Position numbers and translations under genes: made by a program
Assembly: GCA_002245135.1 (NCBI GenBank)
Contig: NGBS01000590.1
Coordinates: forward strand, 62,001-126,000
Direction: 5' to 3'
Length of the DNA: 64,000 nucleotides
From: Proteromonas lacertae
Taxonomy: Eukaryota
In this document: piece after piece, positions 13,557 through 28,123 of the stretch
Layout: each line of letters begins with the position of its first letter
Position numbering within the stretch: position 1 is the stretch's first letter
The notes under the pieces: model-generated
What the model was told of the DNA's origin: nothing
Seen by the model: the letters and a program-made list of their open reading frames with translations, nothing else
The model's database searches: none

Positions 13557-14881
13557 ATGAAGGTTATCTTCTTGTTTATTGCTGTTCTAGCCATCGCATC
13601 ATGTGATCAATGGGCTGTTATTTTAGCTGGATCTAATGACTATTGGAACTACCGTCATCAAGCTGACGCTTGTCATGCTTATCAACTTCATAAAGCACAC
13701 GGCATTCCTGAAGATCATATCATCTTATTATCATATGATGATGTTGCTAATGATGAATATAACCCATTCAAAGGTCATTTATACAATCAACCAGGTGAAA
13801 ACCCTCCAGACGTATATGAAGGTTGCAAAGCCACATATAAAGGCAAATATGTAACAAGCACTGTTTATAAAGCTGTTTTGACAGGTGATGTAGATACAAT
13901 TCGAAATGTAACAGGAATTAAAAACCCAGTAGTATTAAAAAGTACAAAAGAAGATACAGTATTTTTATCATTCTTCGATCATGGTGGTCCAGATATTATT
14001 TGCTTCCCAAGTTATGATGATGATTTAAATCCAAAGATTTAATGAATGTTTTCAGAAAAATGCAAAAAAATAAAATGTACAAGAAATTGGTATATTATAT
14101 GGAAGCTTGTTATAGTGGAAGTATGTTTGTAGAAATGCGAGATAATATGAACATTTATGCAGTAACGGCTGCAAATGCTGAAGAATCATCTTGGGGATAT
14201 TACTGTGATGCTACTGATACAGTAAAAGGTAAAAATCTTGGTACTTGTTTAGGAGATTTATTCTCAATTGTTTGGTTAGAAGATACTGATTTAAACAAGA
14301 AAGATGAAAATTTGAAAGATCAATGGAAGATAATATTGAAAGGAACAAATTTGAGTCATCCTCAACAATTTGGTGATTTAAAATGGTTGAATGAATCAAT
14401 TTGGGATTTTATTGGAAATGGAAATAATAGCAATCGAAAATCATTAAGAGGTGAAGTAAGAAATCCCAGAATAAAATCCTATTCAAGAGCTGTAAAAAGT
14501 CAAGATGTTTATATGACATTCTTAAAGAATAAATTAACTGAAAGTAAAAATGAAAAAGAGAGAAGTAAATTTTTATCAATGTTTAATGAAGAAGAAAATT
14601 ATCGTCGAGTAACTGATAATCGATTTAATTTATTGGTGAATAAAGTAACAGGAGGAAATGAGAGAATGAAATCTAAAATATTGAATAGTGGTCCATCTTA
14701 TTCTGCTAATAAAGAATGTTATTATGAGTTGATTGAAGCTCGAAAGAATTACTGTGGTAAAACTCGTGAATATACTTTAAAATATTATCCTGTGTTAATG
14801 AATTTATGTGACTTCAGTGATGGGAAGAGTTCTTCAATAATAGATTCAATGAAAGAAGTTTGTAGAAGTTTACCATATTAA
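13557..14881 (+). CDS. LGMN: Legumain, copy 2; apparent -1 frameshift at 14027-14029
   Basis: Essentially identical to copy 3 except for one missing A (gatttaaatcc vs gatttaaaatcc). Confidence 0.93.
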
Positions 14882-15142
14882 ATAATTGTAAGAATAAGAT
14901 ATTGTAATTTATATTTGAGATTTTGTTTACTTTTAAAAATTATATCATTTAAGTGTTCCATGCTTTCTCATATTCATAATTTTTTAATCAACCTGAAATG
15001 GGGGGTGACTTCAATAAAAAATTACAAAATATAATTATTTATATCAAATATCGTATTGTTTCTTCATTAAACCAGCTCTACGAAGAGAGTGTGTCATTTT
15101 TTCATTCAAGCTTTTAAGTAGGTTTGTGTCTCGTTTTTTTAA

Positions 15143-16468
15143 ATGAAGGTTATCTTCTTGTTTATTGCTGTTCTAGCCATCGCATCATGTGATCAATGGG
15201 CTGTTATTTTAGCTGGATCTAATGACTATTGGAACTACCGTCATCAAGCTGACGCTTGTCATGCTTATCAACTTCATAAAGCACACGGCATTCCTGAAGA
15301 TCATATCATCTTATTATCATATGATGATGTTGCTAATGATGAATATAACCCATTCAAAGGTCATTTATACAATCAACCAGGTGAAAACCCTCCAGACGTA
15401 TATGAAGGTTGCAAAGCCACATATAAAGGCAAATATGTAACAAGCACTGTTTATAAAGCTGTTTTGACAGGTGATGTAGATACAATTCGAAATGTAACAG
15501 GAATTAAAAACCCAGTAGTATTAAAAAGTACAAAAGAAGATACAGTATTTTTATCATTCTTCGATCATGGTGGTCCAGATATTATTTGCTTCCCAAGTTA
15601 TGATGATGATTTAAAATCCAAAGATTTAATGAATGTTTTCAGAAAAATGCAAAAAAATAAAATGTACAAGAAATTGGTATATTATATGGAAGCTTGTTAT
15701 AGTGGAAGTATGTTTGTAGAAATGCGAGATAATATGAACATTTATGCAGTAACGGCTGCAAATGCTGAAGAATCATCTTGGGGATATTACTGTGATGCTA
15801 CTGATACAGTAAAAGGTAAAAATCTTGGTACTTGTTTAGGAGATTTATTCTCAATTGTTTGGTTAGAAGATACTGATTTAAACAAGAAAGATGAAAATTT
15901 GAAAGATCAATGGAAGATAATATTGAAAGGAACAAATTTGAGTCATCCTCAACAATTTGGTGATTTAAAATGGTTGAATGAATCAATTTGGGATTTTATT
16001 GGAAATGGAAATAATAGCAATCGAAAATCATTAAGAGGTGAAGTAAGAAATCCCAGAATAAAATCCTATTCAAGAGCTGTAAAAAGTCAAGATGTTTATA
16101 TGACATTCTTAAAGAATAAATTAACTGAAAGTAAAAATGAAAAAGAGAGAAGTAAATTTTTATCAATGTTTAATGAAGAAGAAAATTATCGTCGAGTAAC
16201 TGATAATCGATTTAATTTATTGGTGAATAAAGTAACAGGAGGAAATGAGAGAATGAAATCTAAAATATTGAATAGTGGTCCATCTTATTCTGCTAATAAA
16301 GAATGTTATTATGAGTTGATTGAAGCTCGAAAGAATTACTGTGGTAAAACTCGTGAATATACTTTAAAATATTATCCTGTGTTAATGAATTTATGTGACT
16401 TCAGTGATGGGAAGAGTTCTTCAATAATAGATTCAATGAAAGAAGTTTGTAGAAGTTTACCCTATTAA
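15143..16468 (+). CDS. LGMN: Legumain, copy 3 (intact, 441 aa, intronless)
   Basis: Complete ORF with all C13 motifs and the Cys-containing C-terminal pro-domain. Confidence 0.96.
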   Translation: MKVIFLFIAVLAIASCDQWAVILAGSNDYWNYRHQADACHAYQLHKAHGIPEDHIILLSYDDVANDEYNPFKGHLYNQPGENPPDVYEGCKATYKGKYVTSTVYKAVLTGDVDTIRNVTGIKNPVVLKSTKEDTVFLSFFDHGGPDIICFPSYDDDLKSKDLMNVFRKMQKNKMYKKLVYYMEACYSGSMFVEMRDNMNIYAVTAANAEESSWGYYCDATDTVKGKNLGTCLGDLFSIVWLEDTDLNKKDENLKDQWKIILKGTNLSHPQQFGDLKWLNESIWDFIGNGNNSNRKSLRGEVRNPRIKSYSRAVKSQDVYMTFLKNKLTESKNEKERSKFLSMFNEEENYRRVTDNRFNLLVNKVTGGNERMKSKILNSGPSYSANKECYYELIEARKNYCGKTREYTLKYYPVLMNLCDFSDGKSSSIIDSMKEVCRSLPY

Positions 16469-16630
16469 ATTGTGAAGATATAAGATGAATGTACTAAATT
16501 TCATCTTAAAATTTGTATTTTGTGGGTTTAAAATTATTATATATCAAATTCACTATGTCATATAATCTATATAAGATTAAAAAAGAAAGATATAAAATAA
16601 TGAAACGACTATATTTTCATAAACAGAAAA

Positions 16631-17794
16631 ATGAATAATTTTGCATATAGCATGCTATCTCCAGTATTACCATCCAATTATGTAGTATTTTTATCAATTT
16701 ATTTATGTTAGATCAAGAGAAGAGTAGAAAAGAATATTAATGAAGTTGATTTGGTAATACAACAGCTGGATCTTATTGAGATGTTTAAAATAATAAATCT
16801 AACTAAAAGAAAAGAAAAGAAAGTAATGAAATTTTTAGATCACCACTCATTTTTATCAGATTGTAATTTGTCATATGTCTATCCTTCTAAAACATTTCAG
16901 TTGTATAATAATAGTGAATATATAATGATATCACGAAAATATTATGATAATGATTTGGAGTACTTAATAAAGACAAATTCAGTTGGAAATGATAGTATAA
17001 GAGGAATAGTTAGTGCACTATGCAATAATGTAATTATATTGTGTGAATATGACATAGATATTGGTAATCTGAAGAGTTCTAATGTTGTATTTGATGAAGA
17101 TAATGATATAAAGCTATGTGATTTGCTCATAAATGCTTTAAGAAAAGATGAAGATTTGAGAATATATGATATCTGCTTTAAGTCTCCAGAAAAATTGAAT
17201 GGATATGAATGTAATGAGAGAAGTGTAATTTGGTTAATTGGTTGTATATTATATGAAATAATTTGTAAGATATTATATCGAATAATAATATTACTTTTAA
17301 AGGATTTAAAGAATTAACAGACTCTTTGTCAGAAAATGTAGAATATATATCAATATATAATAATCCAATTGGAGATGAAGGAATAGAGTTGGTATGTGAA
17401 TATTTAGATAAATATATTTTTGGAGATTCATTAAATTTTTCAAGTATTTTATTAATGTAAAGTATTATATACTTCAATAGATGTAGGGATGAATGAAAAA
17501 GGGTTGAATATATTATTAAATAAATTAGATAGCTATAAAACATTAATGTATTTATTTTTATCAGGAAATGAATTAGATGAAAGAGAATTGAGATTAATGA
17601 AAGAAAAGAAAGAAGTATTTGAAGATTTAGATATGTTATCAATAACAGTGATAAAAAACATAGATAAATCAGAATTAGAATCTTTTTTACTTGCATTCTA
17701 TTTTATTAGAAGAATAGATTTGGATGGCTTAAACGAAGATGATAATGTATTTGATTCTACAATATTCTCCAATGTTTACAAAGCATCTATATAA
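16631..17794 (+). pseudogene. Pseudokinase + LRR gene, truncated and frameshifted, copy 1
   Basis: ATG 16631, intron 16682-16711. Kinase subdomains VI-IX are degenerate (IGNLKSSNV, KLCDLL, SPE, IWLIGCILYE). The frame then jumps near 17270 into RI-like LRRs (SNNNITFKG, NNPIGDEGI, LSGNELDE). Confidence 0.6.
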
Positions 17795-17888
17795 ATTTCT
17801 ATTCTTAATAATTAATTCAAAAATATAAATTCCAATAATTAAAACCAAATAACATTAAATATATATTTACATTATTAATTATTTTTAT

Positions 17889-20800
17889 TTATAATGGAGC
17901 TTTCATATATGGAGATGGTGATGTGTGTATTGTATTTGAACGTTTATTTGGACTAACAGATTCATTTAATAATGAATTTAAAGTAGTATCAAATGAAGTA
18001 TTGTTATGTGTTGTTGTTGCTTGATTATACAATCCATTCTATTAAATAAATATATATATTCATACACCAGAATTCAATGAATTAGAATATTGCTGCTTCT
18101 TTAATTCTACTTTCATTCTATATAATTCTTTTTCATAATTCTCTTTCACCTTTTCAATTTCTTTGTTATGATTTCTTTCTTTTTCTTTGAGTATTTGCAT
18201 TTCAGATATTTTATTACTTAATGATTGCTGTAATTCCATATTTTCACTTTCTAAACTACTTAATTCTCCAGTTTGTTTTATCAAATCTTTTACTTTAGCA
18301 TCAAGTATCATCTTTTCATTTTCTAACTGTTTTGATTCATTTTCTAATTGATTAATTTTTAATTCATATTCTTCTTGAATTTTATTTATTTCTTCTTGAC
18401 TGATTGCCTCATATTTTCTTTTTTCATTTATTTTTGTTGCATTTATTTCTGCTTCTTTCAATGCTGATGCTGAAGCTTCCCAATCTTCTTTACATTTTAT
18501 TAATTTCATTTCATATTCACTCTTCATTCTTTCCAATGAATCGTTATAAAATGATCTTAATAAATTCTCTTTTTCCAATACTTTTTCATTCATTTGTTGA
18601 TCAAGTGTTCTCTTTTGTAACTCTAATTCCTGTTCATACTTTAATTCCATATTTAATAACTTCTTGTCATATTCATTTTTATATGAATTTTCTATATTTT
18701 CTAGCAATAAATTGTGATTCTTTTCTGTTATTGCTAATTTGTCATTATAATAATTATCTATTGCAGATATGAGTAGATTTGATTGTTGTTCATTATTCTG
18801 AATTCTCAAGTTGTTATTATACTCTTCTTGACATTCTTTTAATACTTCAATCAATTCACTATTCTTCAATTTCAATTTGTTATATTTTGCTCCCCATTCC
18901 ATATTCATTTGTTCTTTCACATTCTCTATTGTATCATTCACATACTTTGCATATTCTTTTTCTTTCTTCTTCAATTGGTTCTTTACTCCTCTTTGAACCA
19001 TTCCTTTTATCATTTTTTGTAAATATTCTGATTTTCCAGAGAATATATCTATTAATTCATCTAATTTACTATTGTACAATTGATCCATTATGTCATTGGT
19101 AGTTGAATCTCCAGAAATTACATTTTGTGACTTCATTTGTGATATTAAAGTCTGAATCTTATCTTGAGCTATCTGTTCATATGTTTTCACAGTTTCTTCT
19201 TTTGTCTATTCATTATAAAAATATATTAACAATAATATAATAAAATATACATTTTTTATTCCTTCTCTATATTCTTTAATAAATCTACCTTTCATTTCAC
19301 TTATTTGTGATTCATATTCTCTTCTTAATGATTCTATTTCTCTTTCGTATTTATCATTCAATTTTTCTTCTTTTTCTTTGATTATTGAAGAAGTATCTTG
19401 TTTCAAATTGTGTTTTGTTTGCTCAATTTCTTTTTTATGTTTATTATTCAATTCGATTATTTCTTTTTCATATTTTTCTGTTAATTCTGATTGTTGTTCT
19501 TCGATTTGTTCTTTATAATTGTCGATTTCTTTTTGAAGGTTTTGCAGTTCCATTTTTTGGTCCTTTTCTATCTTTTCTATTTCATCTTCATATTTCTGTT
19601 TTAATTGGTTGATTTGTGTCTTGGATCTTTTCATATATTCATCTTCTAACTCTTGTTTGATCATTTCTATTTCTTTGTTATGTTTCTTTATTAAATCATT
19701 CTTTATTGTATCAATTTTAGTAGAAAGTGAAATGTCTTTATTCTTTAGTTCTTTAATATATGTTTCTAATTCTTCTCTTGATTCTTCTAATTCTTCATTA
19801 TGCCTTTTATTTAACTCTTTTATTTCATCTGAATATTTGTTAGTTAATGTTTCATTCAAATCGTTAAGTTTGTTTCTACTTTCTTTTTCCATTTCTGACT
19901 TTACTGATAATATTTCCTTCTGATGAGAATCTTCTATTGCTTTCTTTTCATCTTCATATTTCTTTCTTATTAATATTTCTTTAGCTTTTAAATCATTATT
20001 ATAATTGGTAGTTAAATCTTTTTTGATGTATTTTATCTCATCATCTTGTTTCTGCTGCAATTCCATTAACTCATTTTCATATTTTGATTTTATTTCTTGA
20101 ACTTCTGTCTCTAAATTACTATGATATTCATTCTTTACTTCTAATGAAATAATAATAATCAATAATAATTAATAATATACTATCAACAGCTTTTTCTATC
20201 TGTTTCTTATGTTCTTCGTTGATTTTATTAATCAACATTTGGTTCTTATCATTCAAATTCTTTATTTGATGTTGATAATAAACATCTTTATCATTAATTG
20301 TATCTTGAATTACTCTTTCATACTGTTGTTGTTGATTGTTCAATTTTTCATCACTTAATCTCATCATATCTTGCAATTTAGTTGATAAATCTTTGTTCTG
20401 TTGAGATATTGTATCAATCTTTGTTTGTAATCTTTGAGTATTTACTGTATAATCCTGTTGTTTTTGTGTATTCTGTAACATCTCCTGTTGTAATGATTGT
20501 TGTGTATTTGACAGTTCTTGTTTTAATGATTCTATAATATCACCATACTTTGAGACTAATTCAGTTTCTTGAGTTTGAAGCGATGATGTATACTTTTGTT
20601 CCCATTCTATATTCAAATTATCAATAAATATAATATAATATTATATATATATATATATATATACCTTTATTCAGTTGATCCAATTGTCTATTATAATCAT
20701 TAGTCATTCTCTTCTTTTCATCTTCTGATTTAGTTGTTAATCTTTCTTCTAAATCTTTCATATTCTTCTTATGTTTCGTTTCATAATCTTTATCTAATTG

Positions 20801-21551
20801 ACTCATTTGATTGTGATAATTATCTTCTAATAATTTCTTTTCACTTTCAAATTTGGATTTCAGTGAATCTTCTCGAAGTTTTGATTTTGTTTTTTCTGAT
20901 TCTAAAGTTGTATTTAATCTGTCAATTTCACTTTTGTGGTTTTGTTCCATCATCTCTATGTCATTCTCATATTTGGCTGTAATATCTGTTCTTAAGGATT
21001 CTACTTTATTTTTCATTTCAATATCCAATTCTATAATAGAAATATATATATATATATTAATAAATACGAGTTTTAGTTTGAGTAATTAATTTTGTATTTT
21101 CTTCCTTTATATTCCTCATCTCTTTATCATGTTTTGCTGCTAAATCCATTTGTATCAATTTCACTGCATTTACTTTGTCATTATTCAATTCAGTTTTGAT
21201 TTTATTTATTTCATTTGTATAATTTGTTTTCAGTGATTGGATTTCATTCTTATATTGGTTTTCCAATTGGAATTGGAGTTGTTGTAATTCATTTTCTTTC
21301 TCTCTTTCCATCTCTATCTTCATATTTGATATTTCATTTCTATGATTTTGATTCAATTGTTTCATCTCTTGATCATGTTGTTTCTTCATTGGTGACTTTA
21401 TATTATTGTTAAATTCATTTTCTATATCTATTTTTTGTTGTTCTAATTCTTTAGATTGTTGTAATTTGAGTTGATTCATTTCTGTTTCATATTGTGATTT
21501 GAGTGAAGTTTGTAATTGTTCTAATGATGTTGAATAATCACTTTCTAATTC

Positions 21552-21593
<42 letters not shown>

Positions 21594-24500
21594 TATTATA
21601 AATATTATCACATTCTTTCTTATGATCTGCAATCATTTTCTTCTTTTCATTATCATATTGAGATTTCATTCTATCAATTTCATTCCTATAAGAATCCATC
21701 TGTTTGTTAAATTCATCTGTAATTTTCTCTATTTCATTATCTTTACTATTCTGTAAATCTCTCAATTTCTCCTGCATTGTTGTTGTCAATTTCGTCTCAA
21801 TTTGTCCTTTTTCTGTCTTTAATTGATATTCATAACTGTTTTTAGTTTCTAGTATTTCATTCTTTAAGTCATTTATTGTTTTCTGTTGGTCTCTTATTGT
21901 TTGTTGTGATTGAGATTGTTGATTACTTAACTGTGTCTTTAAATCATGAATTATTGTATTATATTGTTCAGAAAGGGTGTGCTCTTTGATATGTAAATCA
22001 GATTTGGATTTTATATCACATTCTGATTGCATTTCTTTCATTTTGCGGTTGCAACTATCTTTTAATGCTTTTATTTCATTGTCATATTGTGTTTTTAATC
22101 TCATTTCTTGTGTTGATAATTGTCTATTTGTTTCTGCTTCCAGTGATAGTCGAATATCATTACATTCTTTTTGATGAGATTCATTTAAGCTTTCTAATTC
22201 TTTTTGTGATTGAAATTTTGCTTCTTGTATTGCTTTGTTCATTTGTTGATTGAATTCTACTTCCATATCTTTCTTAATTTCTGATATATCTTTCTTTTGT
22301 TTTTCTTCTAAGAGTTTTATTTCATTTTCGTGATCTTGTTGCAGTTGATTTTCTAATTTTTTCATTTTCTTGTTGTATTTTTCTTCCAATTCTATAATAA
22401 ATAATATAGGTTTGAATACCTGCTTGTTGTTGCTCAAGCTTGGTTTGATACATTTCTTTTAATTGGTTTTTATCTCGTTCAGATTGGTCTAATAGTTCTT
22501 GTTCATGCGATTTTAATTCACTTACTGACTGATCCAATATTTCTATTGTATTGAAGAATAAATATATATTTATAATTATACGATTTTTAGCTTCTTCAAG
22601 TTGTTTCGACTGTTGTATCTGTAGATTCCTTATATTATTCTCATACTGTTGTTTTAACTTGTTTTCTTGTGATTGTAACTGTCTTTTGTAATTTTCTTCT
22701 AATTCACTCCTCATTTCCTCCATATCCTTTTGATGTTGGTTAGTCATTTTCATTACATTTTCATCGTTATTTCTATTCAAACTATTTTCTTTCTGAATTA
22801 AATCTTTTTGGTATTTCTTCTCCATCTCACTCTTAATATCAGCCAAATCACTCTGTTGCTTTTTCTTTAAGTTTTCTATTTGTATTTCAAAATCATCATT
22901 CATTTGATTTTCCTTATCTTTCAATTTAGAGATTAAATCACTCTGATATTCTATATAACATATTAAAATAATTAAAATAATACTTTTATTCATTGTGTCC
23001 AACTCTAAATTATGATTTCTAACCATCTCTTGTTTATCATTATCCATTCTTTGCTTCAATTTATCAATCTCATTCTTATACAATTCTATTTGCTTATCAT
23101 ATTGTTGTTTTAACTCATTAAACTGTGATTGATTTACTTCATCTCTTTCATCATATTTCTTTGATAATTGCATTTCTAATTCATTCAATTTTTCATTCAA
23201 TTGAATATCAAATTTCTGTTTCAAATTTGCTTTTATTGTTTTGCTTTTATTCTCGTAATAATATTTCAATTTCTTTAATTCATTATTTAGATTTTCATTT
23301 CTTGATTCATAATCCATATTCTGTAAATGCCATTCTTGTTTTTCCACTTCAAATTGATTCTTTATATCTTTCAATTGGTTGTTATATTCATTTCTTAACT
23401 TTAATTCTTGAGATTTTAATTCATTGTCTAGTTTTCTTTCCCATTCTAATCATATAATAATAAAAATAATTAATGTTATATATATACTGTGATTGAGTTC
23501 AGTTTGATTATCTTTCAATCTTTCTTGATATTCATTTTCATATTTCTCTTTCAAATTACTATAAGTTTTATTCATTTTATCTATATATTTCTCTTCTATT
23601 TCACTAATTGTATTATTCAATTCTTTTTTATGATTATCTTTCAATGAATTCTGTGTAATTATTGATTCATCTTTTATTTGTTCTATTGTATCTTCATATT
23701 GAGATTTCTGCTTTAATAATTGTTGGTTTAATTGCTTTATTTGTTCATTTAAATCATTTATATTTCCTTGATAAGAATTACATACTTCTCTCTCAGTTTT
23801 TAATTCACTATTTAACTGTTGATTTTCTATTTCTAGTTGTGTGATATTGTTTTGTATTTCTTGATATTTCTCTGTTAATCGAAGATAATTCTCTTCTTGA
23901 GCTATTCAAATAACATAAAAATAAATAAATATATACTACTTTCATTATTCTGAAATTGATTTTTCAAGTTATTAATTTGTACTTTATACTCATTAATTAT
24001 CTTTTGATTCTCCAATTTTTCATTTCTTAATTCATTTAATTCACTGTTTTGTCTATTTAATAATCCTTGTAACTGCATTATTGAAGCATTTTGATTGTCT
24101 CTTTCTAGTGTAATTGTACTTAGACAATTCTCTAATTCTTTTATTTGAATGGAATAGGTAGCTTTCATTTCTCCAATTTTATTATCTTTTTCAATAATAC
24201 TTTGTGTAAAAGAAGCATTTGTATCATTTTTATCTTGTTGTAAAAGACTTAATGTGTTTTCTAGAGCTTCAATTCTACTGTTTTTAGATGATTCAAGTTG
24301 TGAAATTTCACTATTTTTGTCATTGATCATTCTCTCCAATCTTTCAAGCGTTTGGTTTGAAAGATTTCTATCATTTTCAAAGGAGTTGATTGTATTTTGT
24401 AAATCACTAATTTGATTTTCATAACTGTTTGATATTTGTGATAATTTATCATTATAATATATCTCTTGATTGAACAATTTATTCTTTAAATCTTCAATTT

Positions 24501-25962
24501 CTTTATTCTTTCTTTCTTCCAGCGAGATTGCTCTACTCTCTCTGATAGATGATGATGAAGTAGTATTATTATTGCTCAGTGATGATATAATAGGGATAGT
24601 TTGTAATGATGGTTTGTAACTCTGTATATTAGATTCATATGAATATTGAGGAAATGGTTTTTGTTGTTGTTGTTGCTGCTGCTGTTGCTGGTTGAAAAGT
24701 GATTGAGTTGGTTGTTCAGCTGGTTGTGGTTGATTTTGTGATTGTTGTAATGGATGTGTTGATTGTATAAAACTTTCAACCGGTTGATGTGTTGGATAGA
24801 TTTGCGGTTGTGGTTGTTGAATAGGTTGATTTTGAGTATAAATTATTTGATTCTGTAATGGCTTTTGTTGTAGTAATGATTGTTCAATTGGTTGTAATAG
24901 AGATTGTTGAGGTTGTTGCTGAAGGAAATCCATTTGATTTTGTTGCTTTAATGGTCGAATTTGTGATTGTAACGATTGTTGAGCTGGTTCTTCAATTTGT
25001 GAATAGTTTGGTTGCTGTTGAGTATAATTCATCTGATTCTGTAATAGTTGTTGTTGCGATTGAATCATTGGAATATTATCTGTTGAATTAGTTAATAAAT
25101 CATTTCCAACAGGAATATAAGAAGAAGTTGGATTAGATAATGATTGTTGTTGTTGTTGTTGTGATAAAGGTTGTGATTGATATTGCATTGGTAAATACTG
25201 CATTGGCTGTTGTTGATATTGTTGTTGCGATGGTGGTTGTATTGGTTTTATTGTTGGAATATTTGTAACAAGTGAAACTGTAGGTAAAACACTCTTTGTT
25301 GTTTTTGTTGTTGATGATATATTATCATTTTGTTTCATTATATCTGTAGTATTAGGATTTATATCGAATGAATTTGATATTTCGTCATTCAATTGATTCT
25401 TATTTTTTTCGTTATTCTTTGATAAAGGATTATATGATGGAGTTGAATTAAGTAATGGTTTGTTTTGATTGTTATTATCATTTTCATCTTTTGTTGTTTT
25501 ATTTGGCACTTTACTCTTTGATCTCGTGTTTGATGGAAATAACTCTCTACTTACTGAGTGGATACTTATATCCATTGAATTATTAGAATCTCTTGAAGTA
25601 GCATGAGATAATGGAGTAGAATGCTGACCACATGGACACTTGTAATTTGATCCTGGTGTGTGTTTTTCGAGAGTTGTTGGTCGGAATTTTAGTGTTTCGT
25701 CTAATTCTCTTTGTTCTTGAGAATTTTCTGGAGCTATATAATTTTGTTCGACATGCTTTTCAAATCTTTCTAATAAAGTACCTTCACCTTTTCCCTTTTC
25801 ATCTAATTCGGTTTGATTTGGATGTAATGATGAACTAGAATTACTTTTACTCTAAACACAATATAAGTAATATAATAATACAAGTTTATCTCCGCTTAAA
25901 CCACTATTGACTCTTTTCAAATTGATTTGTTTTAAAACTTTGCTTGTATTTAACAATGACAT
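17889..25962 (-). CDS. Giant coiled-coil protein with a Q/P-rich N-terminal region and a 41-aa repeat rod; multi-exon
   Basis: Consecutive minus-strand coiled-coil ORFs join through short GT-AG introns (e.g. 22392-22419, 22543-22581, 20607-20664). ATG 25962; TAA 17889-17891. Confidence 0.75.
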
Positions 25963-26166
25963 CGAATATTATTCAACTTGTGTATATTCCAATCTTAAAT
26001 ATCTGTAAACACTGTGTATCGAGAATCACAGTTTAGAATTTAAATTTGAGGATTTATTTATCTGATCTTGGTTGATTCGTTTCATAAGAAACAGCTATAT
26101 TTTGCACATAAAAATTTTAGATATTTTCTCAATCTTTCATTTTAGGAATATATAATCACAACTGAA

Positions 26167-27428
26167 ATGTCAGATACATCAGATTCATGTATTATATATC
26201 TATGATAACAAATAATAGCCGCTTGCTCTACTCCTAAGAAAAATAGACATCAAATAGATATTAGAGAGTTGTCACCAATTCTGTCCAATGAGGAATTGAA
26301 GAAACTTGCTAAACACCGAAGTGTGCCTAATATGACAAGAGATCGTTTTGGAATTGTGTTAGCAGGTCGTATGAAATTCATTAACTATAATAATCTAATA
26401 TAGCAACTGACAAAGAAATAGAAGCAGCTGAAGAAGCTAGATTAGAAACACTAAGAATGAAGAAATGGCAAAAAATGATAATAGATTTACCACGAATGAG
26501 AGAAAAGAATGCAGATAAATTTAAAGAAAGAGTACGTAAAGGCATACCCGATGCATTCAGAGCTACAGTTTGGATGGAAATGTCAGGAGCAATAGCATTA
26601 AAACAAGCAAATCCATCATTATACGACACATTATTAGAAAGACATTTAACAGAAGAACCATCTGATCATACTCGAAGAGGAGGTACAATAGATAGAGATA
26701 TTACTAGAACAATGCCAAAACAAGAATTATTTGAAGGAACAGCCAGTTTTGGACAAGAAGTGTTGAGAAGAATATTAGTTGCTACTTCCATTAATATTCC
26801 AGAAGTATTCTTTTTATTATTTTATATATATATTATTTTTATATTTTTATCAGGTTGGTTACTGTCAAGGAATGAACTTCATTGCAGCTTTGTTTATATC
26901 CTATATGCCTGAAAAAGATGCATTCTTTTTACTTCAAACCATATTAACACAAAAACCATATGATATGAAAAAACTATTTGGTGCTACAATTGAAGAAATT
27001 CATGTGATGTTGTACCAATTTAATCAATTAATACAAATTTTCATTCCAACTTTAAAAAGACATTTTGATAAAGAAGAAATAATGCCAGCTACATTTGCAA
27101 CTCATTGGTTTATGACTGTTTTTACTTCATCATTTCCTATGCATTTTGTAGTTAGAATTTGGGATGCATTTTTAAATGAAGGTTGGAAAATAGTGTTTAG
27201 AATAGCTTTAGCTTTATTGAAGATACATAAAGATGAGTTGTTAAAACGCGATTGTGAAGAATTGATAATGTATTTTAGTGAAATACCTTCACATGTATTT
27301 ATTAGTTGATTATTATGAAATAGACTGATTTTAAAGAAGTTTTTAAGGTTGCTTATTCTCTGTCATTAAAGAGAAAACAGTTGGATGAGTTAAAAGCTGA
27401 GTATCATAAGAATCAACAAGCTATGTAA
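26167..27428 (+). CDS. TBC-domain Rab GTPase-activating protein (EVI5/TBC1D10-like)
   Basis: RVRKGIPDAFRATVW, R-finger IDRDITRT, Q-finger VGYCQGMNFIAA, WFMTVF and RIWDAFLNEGWKIVFRIALALL, split by short introns. Confidence 0.9.
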
Positions 27429-27519
27429 AATAGGGTAGTATATGTATTAATTTGTTTTGTAACTTGCATTGAATTATAAAAAAATACACAATAATAAACA
27501 GAAAAAATAATAATTTAAT

Positions 27520-27940
<421 letters not shown>

Positions 27941-28123
27941 TAAATACTATTTTATTAATATACTATATCAGTCAGAAAAATTAAAAACATCAAAACAAAC
28001 AGCAAAACTTGTTTGCCTCAAGCCAATTTCAAACGATTATATTTTCAATAAATGAATTAATAGACATATAATAACAGCTTTTGTATGCATTATATTTATA
28101 TAATTATTATGTTAGACTTACTA

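Larger units (their letters stand above)
11930..16470 (+). repeat. Tandem array of three units of about 1586 bp (legumain gene plus spacer)
   Basis: Starts at 11971, 13557 and 15143 are exactly 1586 apart. Spacers 13296-13556 and 14882-15142 are near-identical. Confidence 0.95.

Noticed and set aside
12960..14045. Programmed frameshifting or slippage in legumain copies 1 and 2
   Set aside because: Copy 3 is intact at both sites and each defect is one A short in a homopolymer. Sequencing error is simpler.
20640..21595. (TA)n microsatellites at about 20642-20662 and 21558-21592 (also about 764-780)
   Set aside because: Slippage expansions inside introns; ordinary in AT-rich DNA.
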